Notes: generated by a model not told the origin, from the sequence alone. Shown: positions 46,663-57,089, counted from the first letter of the stretch. The stretch: DNA of 64,000 bases from Candidatus Hydrogenedentota bacterium (GCA_034669905.1 JAXMOL010000015.1:64001-128000), one strand, 5' to 3'. Made by a program: numbers and translations.

Positions 46663-49206
46663 ATGTATGCTCTGCGGGGTAATGTAACTCGTTTAATTCT
46701 AACGGTTTGTCTGACTGCTCTACTCGCGGGCTGCCCCCTGAAAGGGGACAACGGACTTACCCTGATCTTGACACCAGCCTTTCTGGATTTCGGTGCCGAT
46801 GAGGATGCCCTCATTTTTCAGGTCCACCGTAATCTGACGAACTCGCCGGTTGAACCCGTGGTCGTCTCGTCCAGTCAGCCTTGGATCGTGCCCGAAACCT
46901 GCACCGCCGACTCGGACAATTGTCTGGGTTCCGGCATTGTAGACCGTATCCATATCCCCATTCGGGTGGATCGAACCAAGATGTTGCTGGGAACGAACCG
47001 GGGCGAGATTTTCGTCCGCACCGGCGGGGCCGCCGTTCAGAAACTGAATGTCTTCGCGGAAGATTCGCTGCTCGTGGACTTTCGCGTGAACAACCGCGCA
47101 CCGGCCGTCGGCCAGGCGGTCCGCTTCGAAGACGCCTCCGAAAAGACCGCTGCCGCAGGCGATGTCCTTTCCCGCTTCTGGGACTTTGGCGATGGCACCA
47201 CCAGCAGCGCGACCGATCCGGCCCACGTCTACACGACACCGGGTCTCTACAGCGTAAGCCTGACGGTAACCACGACGAACAGCGAAGAGACCATCCGCAA
47301 AGCGGCCTGGATTACCGTCGGCAGCCCGGCACCCACGACCGATTTCGAAGCGTCGGTTACGAGCATTTTTGAGGGTGACTCGGTTATCTTCACCGATCTT
47401 TCCACCAGCAGCACCGAGCCGGTCACCAGCCGTCTGTGGACCTTCGGTGACGGACGGACCAGCACGGCGGCCCGGCCTGAGCACCAATACACCCAGGCTG
47501 GTGCTTACACCGTAACGTTGACCGTTACCACGGCCAATGCCACGCGCACCGAAACCAAGTCCAATTATATTATCGTGCAGCGCAAGGTAGCCCCCACGGC
47601 CGACTTCTCGGTGAATCCCTCCAGCCCCATCGCCCTGGCAACCGCCAATTTTGGCGACACTTCCGCGGTCGGCTCTTCGCCAATCCTGGAATGGTTCTGG
47701 AATTTCGGCGACGGCACCACGAGCCGCGCCCAGAACCCGACCCACGCCTTTGCGGACGGGGGTAACTACAACGTCTCCCTGTCGGTCACCTCGGCCCACG
47801 GAAGCAACACGGTCACCAAGGTGGTCACGGTACGCACCATCGCACCCATCGCCTCCTTCAGCCCCAGCGATGTCAGCCCCTTCGTGCTGGAAGACGTAAC
47901 GTTTACCAACAACTCCATCGAGGGCTCTGCCCCCATCACCCAGTACATCTGGGAGTTCGGCGACGGTGCCAGCAGTGTGGAGGAAAACCCGACCCACTCG
48001 TATAACAGTGCCGGTGAGTTCACGGTGCGGTTGACGGTGGTCAGCGCCCATGGCTCCAACACGGCCAGCACCCGCATCCAGGTTTCCTTTATGCCCCCCA
48101 CGGCGTCCTTCACCGCTACCCCCCGCACCCCCAGCGTCGGGGAAGCAGTCCAGTTTATGGACGCCTCCACCCCCGGCACGGCGGCTGTCAATCAGTGGCT
48201 GTGGGACTTTGGGGACCCGGCCAGCGGATCGGACAATGCCAGCGCGGCGCAGAATCCCACGCACACCTACAACGCGGCAGGCTTCTACTCGGTTACCCTG
48301 ACCGTAACGACCCCGGTGGCATCGAACAACACGGATACGTTGGTACGCACGGCCTATATCGAAGTTATCGAAGCGCCGACGCCCGGCTTCACCTCTGCCG
48401 TCACGAACGCGAACACGCCCGACATCATCCAGTTCAGCAACACCACGGTGGCGGGCAGCGAGCCCATTACCAGCTATGTGTGGAACTTTGGGGACCCGGC
48501 CAGTGGCAACAACAGCAGCACGGCCACGAACCCCACCCACCAGTTCAGCACGGAAGGCACCTTTACCGTCACCTTGACGGTACAGACCGCGTCCCGCTCG
48601 GTGACCGTCAGCAACATGGTGACGGTAGACTTCAATCCGCCGACAGTGGACTTTGATGTGGAGACCGTGGCCGACACCCCCCGGGAAGATATTCTGACCG
48701 ACGGTGCCCTTACGACGGAAACACTCCAGTTCAACAGCCTGGTAACCCTGGGCACGGAAACGGACACGACGCAGTTTACCTACGCCTGGAACTTTGGCGA
48801 TGGCAACACCAGTGACCTGCAGGAGCCCACACACAGCTATGACAATGGTGGCTCCTATACCGTGACCTACACGGTTACGACGCCGACCGACGTTGTCACC
48901 GCTACGAAGACCATCGAAGTGGACGAGCCCCCCTTGCCCGACTTCAACGCCCTGCCGCAGGTCGCGACGACCAGCACGAGCATCCAGTTCTTCGACCAGT
49001 CGGATGTCTCCAACAGCCCGGCGATTGACAGCTGGCTGTGGAGCTTTGGCGACGACACCGTCAGCGTCTCCCAGAATCCGACCCACACCTATGCGGCCGC
49101 GGGAGATTACACGGTCACCCTGACCCTTACCTTCACCCACTCGGCGACGGGAGCCATCCTGACGATTTCGGAGACCAAGACCGAGTTCATTACCGTCTCC
49201 CAGTAA
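46663..49206 (+). CDS. Surface lipoprotein with an N-terminal Ig/BACON-like domain and 8 PKD repeats
   Basis: RBS AAGGAG, lipobox LAGC; eight W(D/T/N/E/S)FGD(G/P/D)...P.H.(Y/F)...G.(Y/F).V.L motifs. Confidence 0.9.
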   Translation: MYALRGNVTRLILTVCLTALLAGCPLKGDNGLTLILTPAFLDFGADEDALIFQVHRNLTNSPVEPVVVSSSQPWIVPETCTADSDNCLGSGIVDRIHIPIRVDRTKMLLGTNRGEIFVRTGGAAVQKLNVFAEDSLLVDFRVNNRAPAVGQAVRFEDASEKTAAAGDVLSRFWDFGDGTTSSATDPAHVYTTPGLYSVSLTVTTTNSEETIRKAAWITVGSPAPTTDFEASVTSIFEGDSVIFTDLSTSSTEPVTSRLWTFGDGRTSTAARPEHQYTQAGAYTVTLTVTTANATRTETKSNYIIVQRKVAPTADFSVNPSSPIALATANFGDTSAVGSSPILEWFWNFGDGTTSRAQNPTHAFADGGNYNVSLSVTSAHGSNTVTKVVTVRTIAPIASFSPSDVSPFVLEDVTFTNNSIEGSAPITQYIWEFGDGASSVEENPTHSYNSAGEFTVRLTVVSAHGSNTASTRIQVSFMPPTASFTATPRTPSVGEAVQFMDASTPGTAAVNQWLWDFGDPASGSDNASAAQNPTHTYNAAGFYSVTLTVTTPVASNNTDTLVRTAYIEVIEAPTPGFTSAVTNANTPDIIQFSNTTVAGSEPITSYVWNFGDPASGNNSSTATNPTHQFSTEGTFTVTLTVQTASRSVTVSNMVTVDFNPPTVDFDVETVADTPREDILTDGALTTETLQFNSLVTLGTETDTTQFTYAWNFGDGNTSDLQEPTHSYDNGGSYTVTYTVTTPTDVVTATKTIEVDEPPLPDFNALPQVATTSTSIQFFDQSDVSNSPAIDSWLWSFGDDTVSVSQNPTHTYAAAGDYTVTLTLTFTHSATGAILTISETKTEFITVSQ

Positions 49207-49222
49207 TCCAGACCCATTCTGT

Positions 49223-49253
49223 AAGCCCCTCCCCATCGGGAGGGGCTTTTTTT
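49223..49253 (+). terminator. Intrinsic terminator
   Basis: AAGCCCCTCCC-CATC-GGGAGGGGC-TTTTTTT. Confidence 0.9.
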
Positions 49254-49428
49254 GTTCCAACGGCGACCGGGTCGACGTGGCAACGGCGGGAGCCCACCGT
49301 TGTCGACGACGCCAACCACGGCATCGTGCCCGCCCCCGAAGGCCCTCCTTCCCCGGGCACACTTGGCCCAAGGCCCCACGGGCGAATTTTCCACGGGACG
49401 GGACAGCGCCGAAGCCGTGGTCAGAACA

Positions 49429-49458
49429 TTGACTTGGCTTTTCAGTGCGTGCTATGAT
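49429..49458 (+). promoter_or_regulatory. sigma70 promoter upstream of nadX
   Basis: TTGACT-N18-TATGAT with a TG extension. Confidence 0.55.
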
Positions 49459-49578
49459 TTGCAAGTTTCACGTATCCAATTCGGATGCCGTACACCCCTC
49501 TCTGACGGAATCAATGGGGTGACGTGTCTATAATCGCCCCTGTTTCGGGGTCAATAACTGAAGATTGAGAGGAGCACC

Positions 49579-50397
49579 ATGACCAAGATGAAAATCGGTT
49601 TGGTCGGGTGCGGAAATATTGGCGCAGATATCTGCATCGCCTTGCAGAAAGGCAACATCCCTGCAGAGATTACCGCGCTGACCGACGTAGACGAAGAACG
49701 GGCGGGAGTCCTTCTTCGAACGTTTCAATTGAACGCCCGGATATGCACCCTGGATGAACTGGCTGCGGAAGTCGACTTCATTGTCGAATGCGCCGTGGGC
49801 AGTGCAGTGGGTGATGTCATCGAAGCGGCCATGACGCACCAGAAAGACTGTCTGGTCATGAGCGTGGGTGGCTTGATGGCCCTCCGCGACGAATTGCAAC
49901 GGGCCGAGAAACGTGGTATTCAGGTACGCATTCCGTCGGGAGCCCTGTGTGGGCTGGACGGCATTCGCGCTGCGATGGAGGGTGGTCTTCACATGGTCAC
50001 CCTGACGACTCGCAAGCCCCCGGAAGGGTTGGCCGGTGCGCCGTACCTGGTAGAAAACAATATTGATGTAGACAATTTAACCGAGCCGAAGGTCGTTTTC
50101 GAGGGCACTGCCCTGGAAGCGGTTCAGGCGTTTCCTGCCAACGTGAATGTGGCGGGGGCCCTGAGCCTGATTGGTATCGGACCAGAAGAAACGAAGGTTT
50201 GCGTAATCGCCGACCCGAACGCAACGATGAACAGCCACGAAGTGGACGCAGAAGGTGCCTTTGGCAGCCTGAAGACGATCACGACCAACCTGCCATCGCC
50301 CCGAAATGCGAAGTCGAGCTATCTGGCTTCGCTCTCTGCCAGTGCAGAGTTACGGGCAGCAGCCATGGCCTTCAGTCGTCGCTGTATCGAGGCGTAG
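49579..50397 (+). CDS. nadX: L-aspartate dehydrogenase
   Basis: IGLVGCGNIG, VECA, MSVGGL, PSGALCGLDG, TTRKPP, FPANVNVA and NSHEV. Confidence 0.9.
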   Translation: MTKMKIGLVGCGNIGADICIALQKGNIPAEITALTDVDEERAGVLLRTFQLNARICTLDELAAEVDFIVECAVGSAVGDVIEAAMTHQKDCLVMSVGGLMALRDELQRAEKRGIQVRIPSGALCGLDGIRAAMEGGLHMVTLTTRKPPEGLAGAPYLVENNIDVDNLTEPKVVFEGTALEAVQAFPANVNVAGALSLIGIGPEETKVCVIADPNATMNSHEVDAEGAFGSLKTITTNLPSPRNAKSSYLASLSASAELRAAAMAFSRRCIEA

Positions 50398-50494
50398 ACG
50401 GCACCTTTCGTGCCCGACATTCAGCTTTAACGAAACAGTTTAAGACCCTGCAGCACACGGTTGCCTGCAGGCATACAGGAAATGGAGAGAAACC

Positions 50495-50806
50495 ATGTAC
50501 GCTGTAGTGGTTACCGGCGGAAAGCAATACAAGGTCGCTGAAGGCGATCGGCTTCGGGTGGAAAAAATTAACACCCCCGTGGGCGAACAAGTAGAGCTGG
50601 ACAACGTCTGCCTGCTCGTCAAGGAAGACGGTATTGTCGCCGAGCCGGATGCCCTGAGCGGTGCCCGGGTTGTCGCCGAAGTCACGGCCGAAGGCAAGCG
50701 CAAGAAAATCAAAGTGTTCAAGAAGAAGCGGCGCAAAAATTACATGCGCACCTATGGACACCGGCAGCAGTACAGCGAAATCACGATTCGCGCAATCAAA
50801 GCATAA
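50495..50806 (+). CDS. rplU: 50S ribosomal protein L21
   Basis: MYAVVVTGGKQYKVAEGD...FKKKRRKNY...GHRQ. Confidence 0.99.
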   Translation: MYAVVVTGGKQYKVAEGDRLRVEKINTPVGEQVELDNVCLLVKEDGIVAEPDALSGARVVAEVTAEGKRKKIKVFKKKRRKNYMRTYGHRQQYSEITIRAIKA

Positions 50807-50821
50807 GGGAGTAGTTATCTC

Positions 50822-51082
50822 ATGGCACACAAAAAAGCAGGCGGTAGTTCCCGCAACGGTCGCGACAGTGAGTCCAAACGCCTTGGCGTAAAGCGTTACG
50901 GCGGCCAGAAGGTCATCGCCGGTAACATTATCGTGCGTCAGCGTGGCACCAAGTTCGCTGCCGGTAAGAACTGCGGTCTTGGCAACGATCACACCCTCTT
51001 CGCCCTCTCCGACGGCGTAGTACAGTTTCGCTTTTTCAAGAAAGGTCGTCAGTGCGTTGATATTGTTCCCGTTGCGGAATAA
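50822..51082 (+). CDS. rpmA: 50S ribosomal protein L27
   Basis: [24 protein letters not shown]...RQRGTKF. Confidence 0.99.
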   Translation: MAHKKAGGSSRNGRDSESKRLGVKRYGGQKVIAGNIIVRQRGTKFAAGKNCGLGNDHTLFALSDGVVQFRFFKKGRQCVDIVPVAE

Positions 51083-51106
51083 TTGACACCCTGCACCCCG
51101 ATTACC

Positions 51107-52363
51107 ATGTTTGTCGATCGTGTTCGAATTAAAGTAATCGGTGGTCGCGGTGGCGATGGCTGCTGCAGTTTTAGAAAAGAAGCATACGTCCCCCTCGGCG
51201 GCCCCGATGGTGGAGACGGAGGAAATGGCGGCGATATTATTATCGCTGCCGCTTCTCGTTTAACGAGCCTGACGGACCTCCGCTACCATCCCCAGTGGAA
51301 GGGCAACCGGGGCACCCATGGTAAGGGCAAAGCCCTCCATGGCCGTGGTGGCAAGCCGACCGTCATCCACGTGCCCTGTGGGACGGTGATCCGCGATTTT
51401 GAAACGGGAGAGTTTCTGGCGGATCTGACAGAAGACGGCCAGACCTTTTGCGCGGGTGAGGGCGGCAAAGGCGGCAAGGGCAACCCCCGCTTTGTCACCG
51501 CCACCAACCGGGCCCCGCGCTTTGCAGAGCGGGGTGAACCCGGTGAAGAGCGGGAATATCAGCTGGAGCTGAAGCTCATTGCGGAGGTCGGCTTCGTCGG
51601 ACTGCCCAATGCCGGCAAGTCCACCTTGCTCTCGGCCATTTCGGCCGCGAGCCCCAAGATTGGTGCCTACCCCTTTACCACCATCACGCCCAATCTCGGC
51701 ATTGTGCCCCTGAGTGATTACCGGACGCTGGCCGTGGCCGACATTCCGGGCATTATCGAGGGCGCATCCGATGGGAAAGGACTGGGCCACGATTTCCTGC
51801 GCCACATTGAGCGCACCCAGGTGCTCCTCTATCTCATCGATTGTGGCGATGAGAACCCGGAAGAGACGCTCCGCACCCTGCAGGGGGAACTGCGACAACA
51901 CAGTGACGTCTTCGAAGACCGTCCCTACCTGGTCGCGCTGAACAAGATCGATATCACCGAAAACCGGGAAATGACCGCCGACCTGTCGACCCGTTTTCCC
52001 AAAGCCCACTTTATTTCCGGGGCCACGGGCGAGGGCATCCCCGATATGATCGAAGCCCTCTGGCAAATGGTGGACCGCGTCCGTCGTGAAGTGGCGGAGA
52101 ATCCCGAGCCGGAACCCCCGGAACGGGAATACACCTACGTAGCGCCTTTTGAAGTCGAGACCATACCCAATGGCTATCGCATCGTGGGGCAACGCCCCAT
52201 TCGCACCGTGCGCATGACCGACTTCAGCAATCCGGAAGCGGTGGTACACCTTCAACAGGTACTTGAGAAAATGGGTGTCTTTCGTGCCCTCAAACGATTG
52301 GGGGCTGAGGAAGGCCAGACCATCGTCATCGGTGATCTGGAACTTGAGTATCATCCCGACTAA
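51107..52363 (+). CDS. obgE: Obg/CgtA GTPase with a C-terminal OCT-like domain
   Basis: MFVDRV, GGPDGGDGG, GLPNAGKST, YPFTT, DIPG, NKID and LGAEEGQTIVIG. Confidence 0.98.
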   Translation: MFVDRVRIKVIGGRGGDGCCSFRKEAYVPLGGPDGGDGGNGGDIIIAAASRLTSLTDLRYHPQWKGNRGTHGKGKALHGRGGKPTVIHVPCGTVIRDFETGEFLADLTEDGQTFCAGEGGKGGKGNPRFVTATNRAPRFAERGEPGEEREYQLELKLIAEVGFVGLPNAGKSTLLSAISAASPKIGAYPFTTITPNLGIVPLSDYRTLAVADIPGIIEGASDGKGLGHDFLRHIERTQVLLYLIDCGDENPEETLRTLQGELRQHSDVFEDRPYLVALNKIDITENREMTADLSTRFPKAHFISGATGEGIPDMIEALWQMVDRVRREVAENPEPEPPEREYTYVAPFEVETIPNGYRIVGQRPIRTVRMTDFSNPEAVVHLQQVLEKMGVFRALKRLGAEEGQTIVIGDLELEYHPD

Positions 52364-52439
52364 GGCCCATACTACGTCGCAACTGATGGCCCCTGGCGCG
52401 CCGCCTGCCGCGTTGCGTGTTCAAATAGAATGCTGACGA

Positions 52440-53567
52440 ATGACCTTTGACCCTGACACCCTGGATACACTCGTATTAAAAATTGGTACCAGCCTGTTGA
52501 GCGGTCGACTGGCCTTCGACGGACATGTGATGGAGTCGGTCGTCAAGGAGTTGTGTCTGCTGAAACAACAGCACGACATCAACGTCCTGATTGTCAGTTC
52601 GGGTGCGGTCGGCTGTGGCATGAAAACCCTCAACCTGACGCAACGCCCCGAATCCCTGCCCGCCAAACAGGCCGTGGCCGCAGTCGGTCAGGCGACCCTT
52701 ATGCACTACTACGAGACCCTCTTCATGACCTATGGCGAGGGGCTCCACACCGCCCAGGTACTCCTGACCCTTCGTGATCTGGACCAGCGGGACAGCTACC
52801 TCAATGTGCGCAACACCATCCGCAATCTCTTCCAGATGAAATCTGTAATCCCCATCGTGAACGAGAACGATTCTACGGCGGTGGATCAATTGCGCTTTGG
52901 CGATAACGATACCTTGTCTGCAAAAATCGCGGCCAAGCTGAGCGCCGGGCTACTGGTTATTCTCAGTGATGTGGACGGGCTCTACGCGGGCAATCCACAG
53001 AAAGATCCGGACGTGGCGCACATACCCGTCGTCAACGAAATAACCTCCACCATCGAGGAATACGCGGGCGGTGCAGGCACCTTGACTGGCACAGGGGGCA
53101 TGCGGACCAAGATCGAAGCCGCACGTATTGCCATGGCCGCTGGCGTACCCACCATCATCGCCGATGGACACACCCCGGAGATCGTCCGAAATATCCTCTC
53201 CGGCACGGCACGATGCACCCTGTTCCAGCCCGGAGAAGCTGCCCTGTCCCACCGCAAGCGGTGGATTGCTTTTGGCCGAAAGATTTCGGGTACCATCCGC
53301 ATCGATTCCGGGGCCTGCGATGCGATTCTGCAGCAGGGGAAAAGTCTCCTGGCAGCGGGCGTTGTGGCCACCATCGGCGCCTACCGGGAAGGGGATTCGG
53401 TGGAGATTCAGGACCAGTCCGGGATTCCCATTGCCCGGGCACTCGTGAATTACTCGAGCGATGAGGTCAACCAAATCATGGGCCGCAAGAGCCATGAGAT
53501 CGTGGCCATCGTGGGCGGCAAATCCCACGTCGAGATTGTCCACCGCGACAACCTCGTCATCATCTGA
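52440..53567 (+). CDS. proB: Glutamate 5-kinase with PUA domain
   Basis: KIGTS, VSSGAV, AAVGQ, NEND, FGDNDTLSA, GTGGMRTKI and HRDNLV. Confidence 0.97.
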   Translation: MTFDPDTLDTLVLKIGTSLLSGRLAFDGHVMESVVKELCLLKQQHDINVLIVSSGAVGCGMKTLNLTQRPESLPAKQAVAAVGQATLMHYYETLFMTYGEGLHTAQVLLTLRDLDQRDSYLNVRNTIRNLFQMKSVIPIVNENDSTAVDQLRFGDNDTLSAKIAAKLSAGLLVILSDVDGLYAGNPQKDPDVAHIPVVNEITSTIEEYAGGAGTLTGTGGMRTKIEAARIAMAAGVPTIIADGHTPEIVRNILSGTARCTLFQPGEAALSHRKRWIAFGRKISGTIRIDSGACDAILQQGKSLLAAGVVATIGAYREGDSVEIQDQSGIPIARALVNYSSDEVNQIMGRKSHEIVAIVGGKSHVEIVHRDNLVII

Positions 53568-53578
53568 AGCCCGACCAC

Positions 53579-55834
53579 TCAGTCTTTCAGCACATCCGGC
53601 ATCGGCGGACCGTCATAGGGAGCCGCCCCCAATCCTGCCGGAAAGTCCGACACCGTCAGCAGGGCCGGATCCGTCGTCTCCGGTGCCAGAATCATCCCGA
53701 AGTAGCGCCCCATCCAATAGGCGTCCAGCCAGCCCGACGGATCGACGACCACCCGGCCAGCATGGCCACCCTTCATTTCCATGGACGAATCCGTCCATCG
53801 GATGGGGCCCCGTGAGCGGGGTGAAAAAGGACGTCCGCCACCGGCATAGGGCAGGTACCCATCGGGCGGCAATCGGTCAGAACGGTAGGTATTGTCCCAG
53901 TCGTGACTGACCAGATCCAGTGGCCATTCCCGAAGGTGGCGGATCGCTGCGGTGGTTTCGCAGTCATTTCCCGTCAGGGCGCCGTAGATGAAGTTGAACC
54001 AGGGGATTTGCTCGATGCGTTCAATTTCATAGCTGCGCGCCAGGCTCCGGACGTAGAAACTACGCAGGTAGGGATCGGTCTCGTATTGAATGAGGGGGTA
54101 GTAGACATAGAAAGCCAGGCGATCGTCGGAGTGAAACAAATAGCCCGGTGCCAGCAGCTTCTGTTGAATGACTTCCCGATGGTAGCCCCGGCCAACCAGC
54201 TCCGCCAGCCCCTCCTCAAACTTGGCGTCGCCCGTAATATGGATGGCCGTCCGCAGGTAGCTCAGAATTTCGAGGCCATTTAGCCCCCGGGCGTAGCTCC
54301 CTTTTTTGCTCGCGAAGTATTCCGGATCCCAACGCGCCCACACGGTGGGCTTGCCATCCACGTCCCGTAGCACCCAGCCATTGTCCATGATATGGTTCAT
54401 CATGCGGCGAACATGGTCGCGAACCTGAATTTTCTCCGCCTCGTTGGCCACCAGATCGTAAAACACACTCGCATAATAGAACTGCGCATCCGTCTCGTCG
54501 CTGGACGTGTCCCCTTTCCAGGCCCACCTCCCGTCCGCCGTCGGGTTCCACTCTGCGGGATAGCCCCCCGACCCACCCTGGGCCTGGTTGCCCGTCTCCC
54601 CCACCGCCCATACCGAGCGTGCGGGAAAACCGTCGATGGAAGTAATCTCTTCGGACCACTTCATGGCATTGAACCCCGCTACGGCCTCCGCACGGGCGGT
54701 CTCGTCCCCCGTGGCCCCATACTTGAAGGCCTGGGAAGCCCAATAGTGGGTACTCCACCCCACGTCGTTGTCGCTCACCTCCCGCACCCACCGATTGTGA
54801 GCTTCATCCCACTCCAGCTTGTGCACAAAGGCCATCCGTTTCTGTCCCCAGGCCGTGAGGTGTCTGGTGTAGTAATCGGCCTTCTTTTCCAAGGTGTAGG
54901 GCACATAACGTATCACACCGACCCCCGTATTGGTCCCGATATAGACACTATCATCATGGGCGACGATGGCATTCACATGATCGTCAGATAACCAACGGGG
55001 TCCCGCGAAATAGTGAAAGTCATCGCCCACAACCCGAATCGCGCCGTGGGTCGTCCCCACCCAGAAATCCCGGTCGAGTCCGTGGGCCAGGGTGAGGCAC
55101 TCTTCGTGGGGCAGGCCATCGGAGCCGAGCACCTGGGTCGCCGCCGTCCCCCGCAGTACCCCCAGCCCGGCATGGGACGCCACGTACAAGCGACTGCCCA
55201 CGGCGAGGGTTGCACGCAGATCTTTGGACGGAAAGGCGCCGAATTCCACCACATCCTGATGGTTGAAGGTCCGGCCGTCAAAGGTAAACAGACGGTCGTA
55301 GGCGAGGCAGTACAGGGTCTCCGAATAGACAGAAAGCCCTTGTATGGGACCCGGACTGGACCCGCCGCCGGGCAGGACGCCCAACCGGTCTCCTTCGGCA
55401 CGGTACAAGCCACTGGGCGACGCGACGACGGTCTGCCCCGCAAAGGCGACGACATCGACAAATCGGCCTTCTGCCATTCGGGTCCAGCCGTTCTCGTCGA
55501 AGCGATACAGCGCCTCTTTGCCAATCACCCAGAGCGCATCGCCGAGGGTGCGCATGCGTTCCACGTAGTCCGCCGGTCCGTCGGCCAGGGCTTCCCATTG
55601 GCCTTCGGAGTTTAGTTTCCGCACCCCGTCACCAAATCCGGCATAGAGGGTCCCGTCCAGAACGGCCAAGGCCCACACGGGTTTCTCCGTGGGCAGGATA
55701 TGCCCCACTTCCTGCTGATAGACGGCATCCTGTATAGGTTTCCAGTAGGGCGTTGCTTCCGACTGGGCTTCGGCGCTTCGGACACCCAGGAGGGCGCACA
55801 CGACTCCCAGCCACACACCACAGATACGCTTCAT
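53579..55834 (-). CDS. Secreted hypothetical protein: beta-propeller-like N-terminus and a predicted alpha-helical barrel C-terminus
   Basis: Signal peptide (AEA-Q); repeats FWVGTTHGA / VYIGTNTGV / LYVASHAGL; helical C-half with SDNDVGWS, WKGDTSSDE and WMGRYFG. Confidence 0.6.
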   Translation of the reverse strand: MKRICGVWLGVVCALLGVRSAEAQSEATPYWKPIQDAVYQQEVGHILPTEKPVWALAVLDGTLYAGFGDGVRKLNSEGQWEALADGPADYVERMRTLGDALWVIGKEALYRFDENGWTRMAEGRFVDVVAFAGQTVVASPSGLYRAEGDRLGVLPGGGSSPGPIQGLSVYSETLYCLAYDRLFTFDGRTFNHQDVVEFGAFPSKDLRATLAVGSRLYVASHAGLGVLRGTAATQVLGSDGLPHEECLTLAHGLDRDFWVGTTHGAIRVVGDDFHYFAGPRWLSDDHVNAIVAHDDSVYIGTNTGVGVIRYVPYTLEKKADYYTRHLTAWGQKRMAFVHKLEWDEAHNRWVREVSDNDVGWSTHYWASQAFKYGATGDETARAEAVAGFNAMKWSEEITSIDGFPARSVWAVGETGNQAQGGSGGYPAEWNPTADGRWAWKGDTSSDETDAQFYYASVFYDLVANEAEKIQVRDHVRRMMNHIMDNGWVLRDVDGKPTVWARWDPEYFASKKGSYARGLNGLEILSYLRTAIHITGDAKFEEGLAELVGRGYHREVIQQKLLAPGYLFHSDDRLAFYVYYPLIQYETDPYLRSFYVRSLARSYEIERIEQIPWFNFIYGALTGNDCETTAAIRHLREWPLDLVSHDWDNTYRSDRLPPDGYLPYAGGGRPFSPRSRGPIRWTDSSMEMKGGHAGRVVVDPSGWLDAYWMGRYFGMILAPETTDPALLTVSDFPAGLGAAPYDGPPMPDVLKD

Positions 55835-56015
55835 TTTCAGGCTCCTTTTCCCTATGCTATCGGGTTACCAGGTGCCCCTCCCCACATTCAACAGCCGTTA
55901 CCACAGCTCCTTATCCTGACGAAAGGATCGCCAGGCCACGATTAGTGCCACGGCGCATTTAAATAGCCCCACCAAGTACGTTAGCATAGCAAAAACTTGG
56001 CAGAGGAGTCCGCCT

Positions 56016-57071
56016 GTGAAATTTGATCCTGTTCGCTGGGACGGGGGCACGTTGACCATTATCGATCAGACACAGTTGCCCACCCGACTCGAATACATTT
56101 CCCTCGATACGCTGGATGCGGTGTGGGATGCTATCAAGCAACTCAAAGTCCGCGGCGCCCCCGCAATCGGCGTGTGTGCGGCCTTTGGCGTGCTGGTGGG
56201 CCTTCGACAGCGTCGACCCGCCACCCTTCAGGCGGCGCGCCACGCGGTCACGGTCATCGCCGATCACCTGGCCACCACCCGCCCCACGGCGGTCAATCTT
56301 TTCTGGGCCCTCGACCGTATGCGGGCCGTCTCGGTATCCGGAGGCGACGACGATGCACCGGTCCGTTACCAGGAAGCCCTGGAGCAGGAAGCCTGTGCCA
56401 TCTTCGAAGAAGACCAGGCCCTTGGTCGGCGCATTGGCGAGGTCGGCGCACCCCTCATCCCGGAGGGGGCGGGCGTGCTAACCCACTGCAATGCCGGTGG
56501 CCTGGCCACTTCCGGCTATGGCACCGCCCTCTCGGTCATGTTCCAGGCCCATGAAGCCGGACGGCGTTTTCGGGTCTATGCAGACGAAACCCGACCGCTC
56601 TTGCAAGGCGCCCGGCTCACCACCTGGGAATTGCAGCAGACCGGCATTGATGTGACCCTGATTTGCGACAACATGGCAGCCCAGGTCATGCGGGAAGGGA
56701 AAGTCGATCTGGTGATTGTGGGCGCCGATCGTGTCGCGGCCAATGGCGACGCGGCCAACAAAATCGGTACCTACGGGGTTGCGGTCCTGGCGAAGGCCCA
56801 CAACATTCCCTTCTATGTGGCGATCCCCCGATCCACCCTGGACCGTAGCCTTCCCAATGGGTCGGCCATCCCCATCGAGGAACGTGCCGCCGAGGAGATC
56901 ACCCACGGTTTTGGCCTCCAGACCGCCCCCGACGGCGTCTCCGTATACAATCCCGCATTTGATGTGACACCTGCTGCGCTAATCACCGGTATAATTACGG
57001 AATCCGGTATTCTGTCGCCACCCTTTACGCAGGTTCTTAACCCCAATCCTCCCGAGCAGGTGGATTCCTGA
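56016..57071 (+). CDS. mtnA: S-methyl-5-thioribose-1-phosphate isomerase
   Basis: IDQTQLP, VRGAPAIG, TRPTAVNL, THCNAGGLATSGYGTAL, ETRPLLQGARLT, ANKIGTY and NPAFDVTP. Confidence 0.97.
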   Translation: MKFDPVRWDGGTLTIIDQTQLPTRLEYISLDTLDAVWDAIKQLKVRGAPAIGVCAAFGVLVGLRQRRPATLQAARHAVTVIADHLATTRPTAVNLFWALDRMRAVSVSGGDDDAPVRYQEALEQEACAIFEEDQALGRRIGEVGAPLIPEGAGVLTHCNAGGLATSGYGTALSVMFQAHEAGRRFRVYADETRPLLQGARLTTWELQQTGIDVTLICDNMAAQVMREGKVDLVIVGADRVAANGDAANKIGTYGVAVLAKAHNIPFYVAIPRSTLDRSLPNGSAIPIEERAAEEITHGFGLQTAPDGVSVYNPAFDVTPAALITGIITESGILSPPFTQVLNPNPPEQVDS

Positions 57072-57089
57072 AAGCGCGCTCTAACACCC

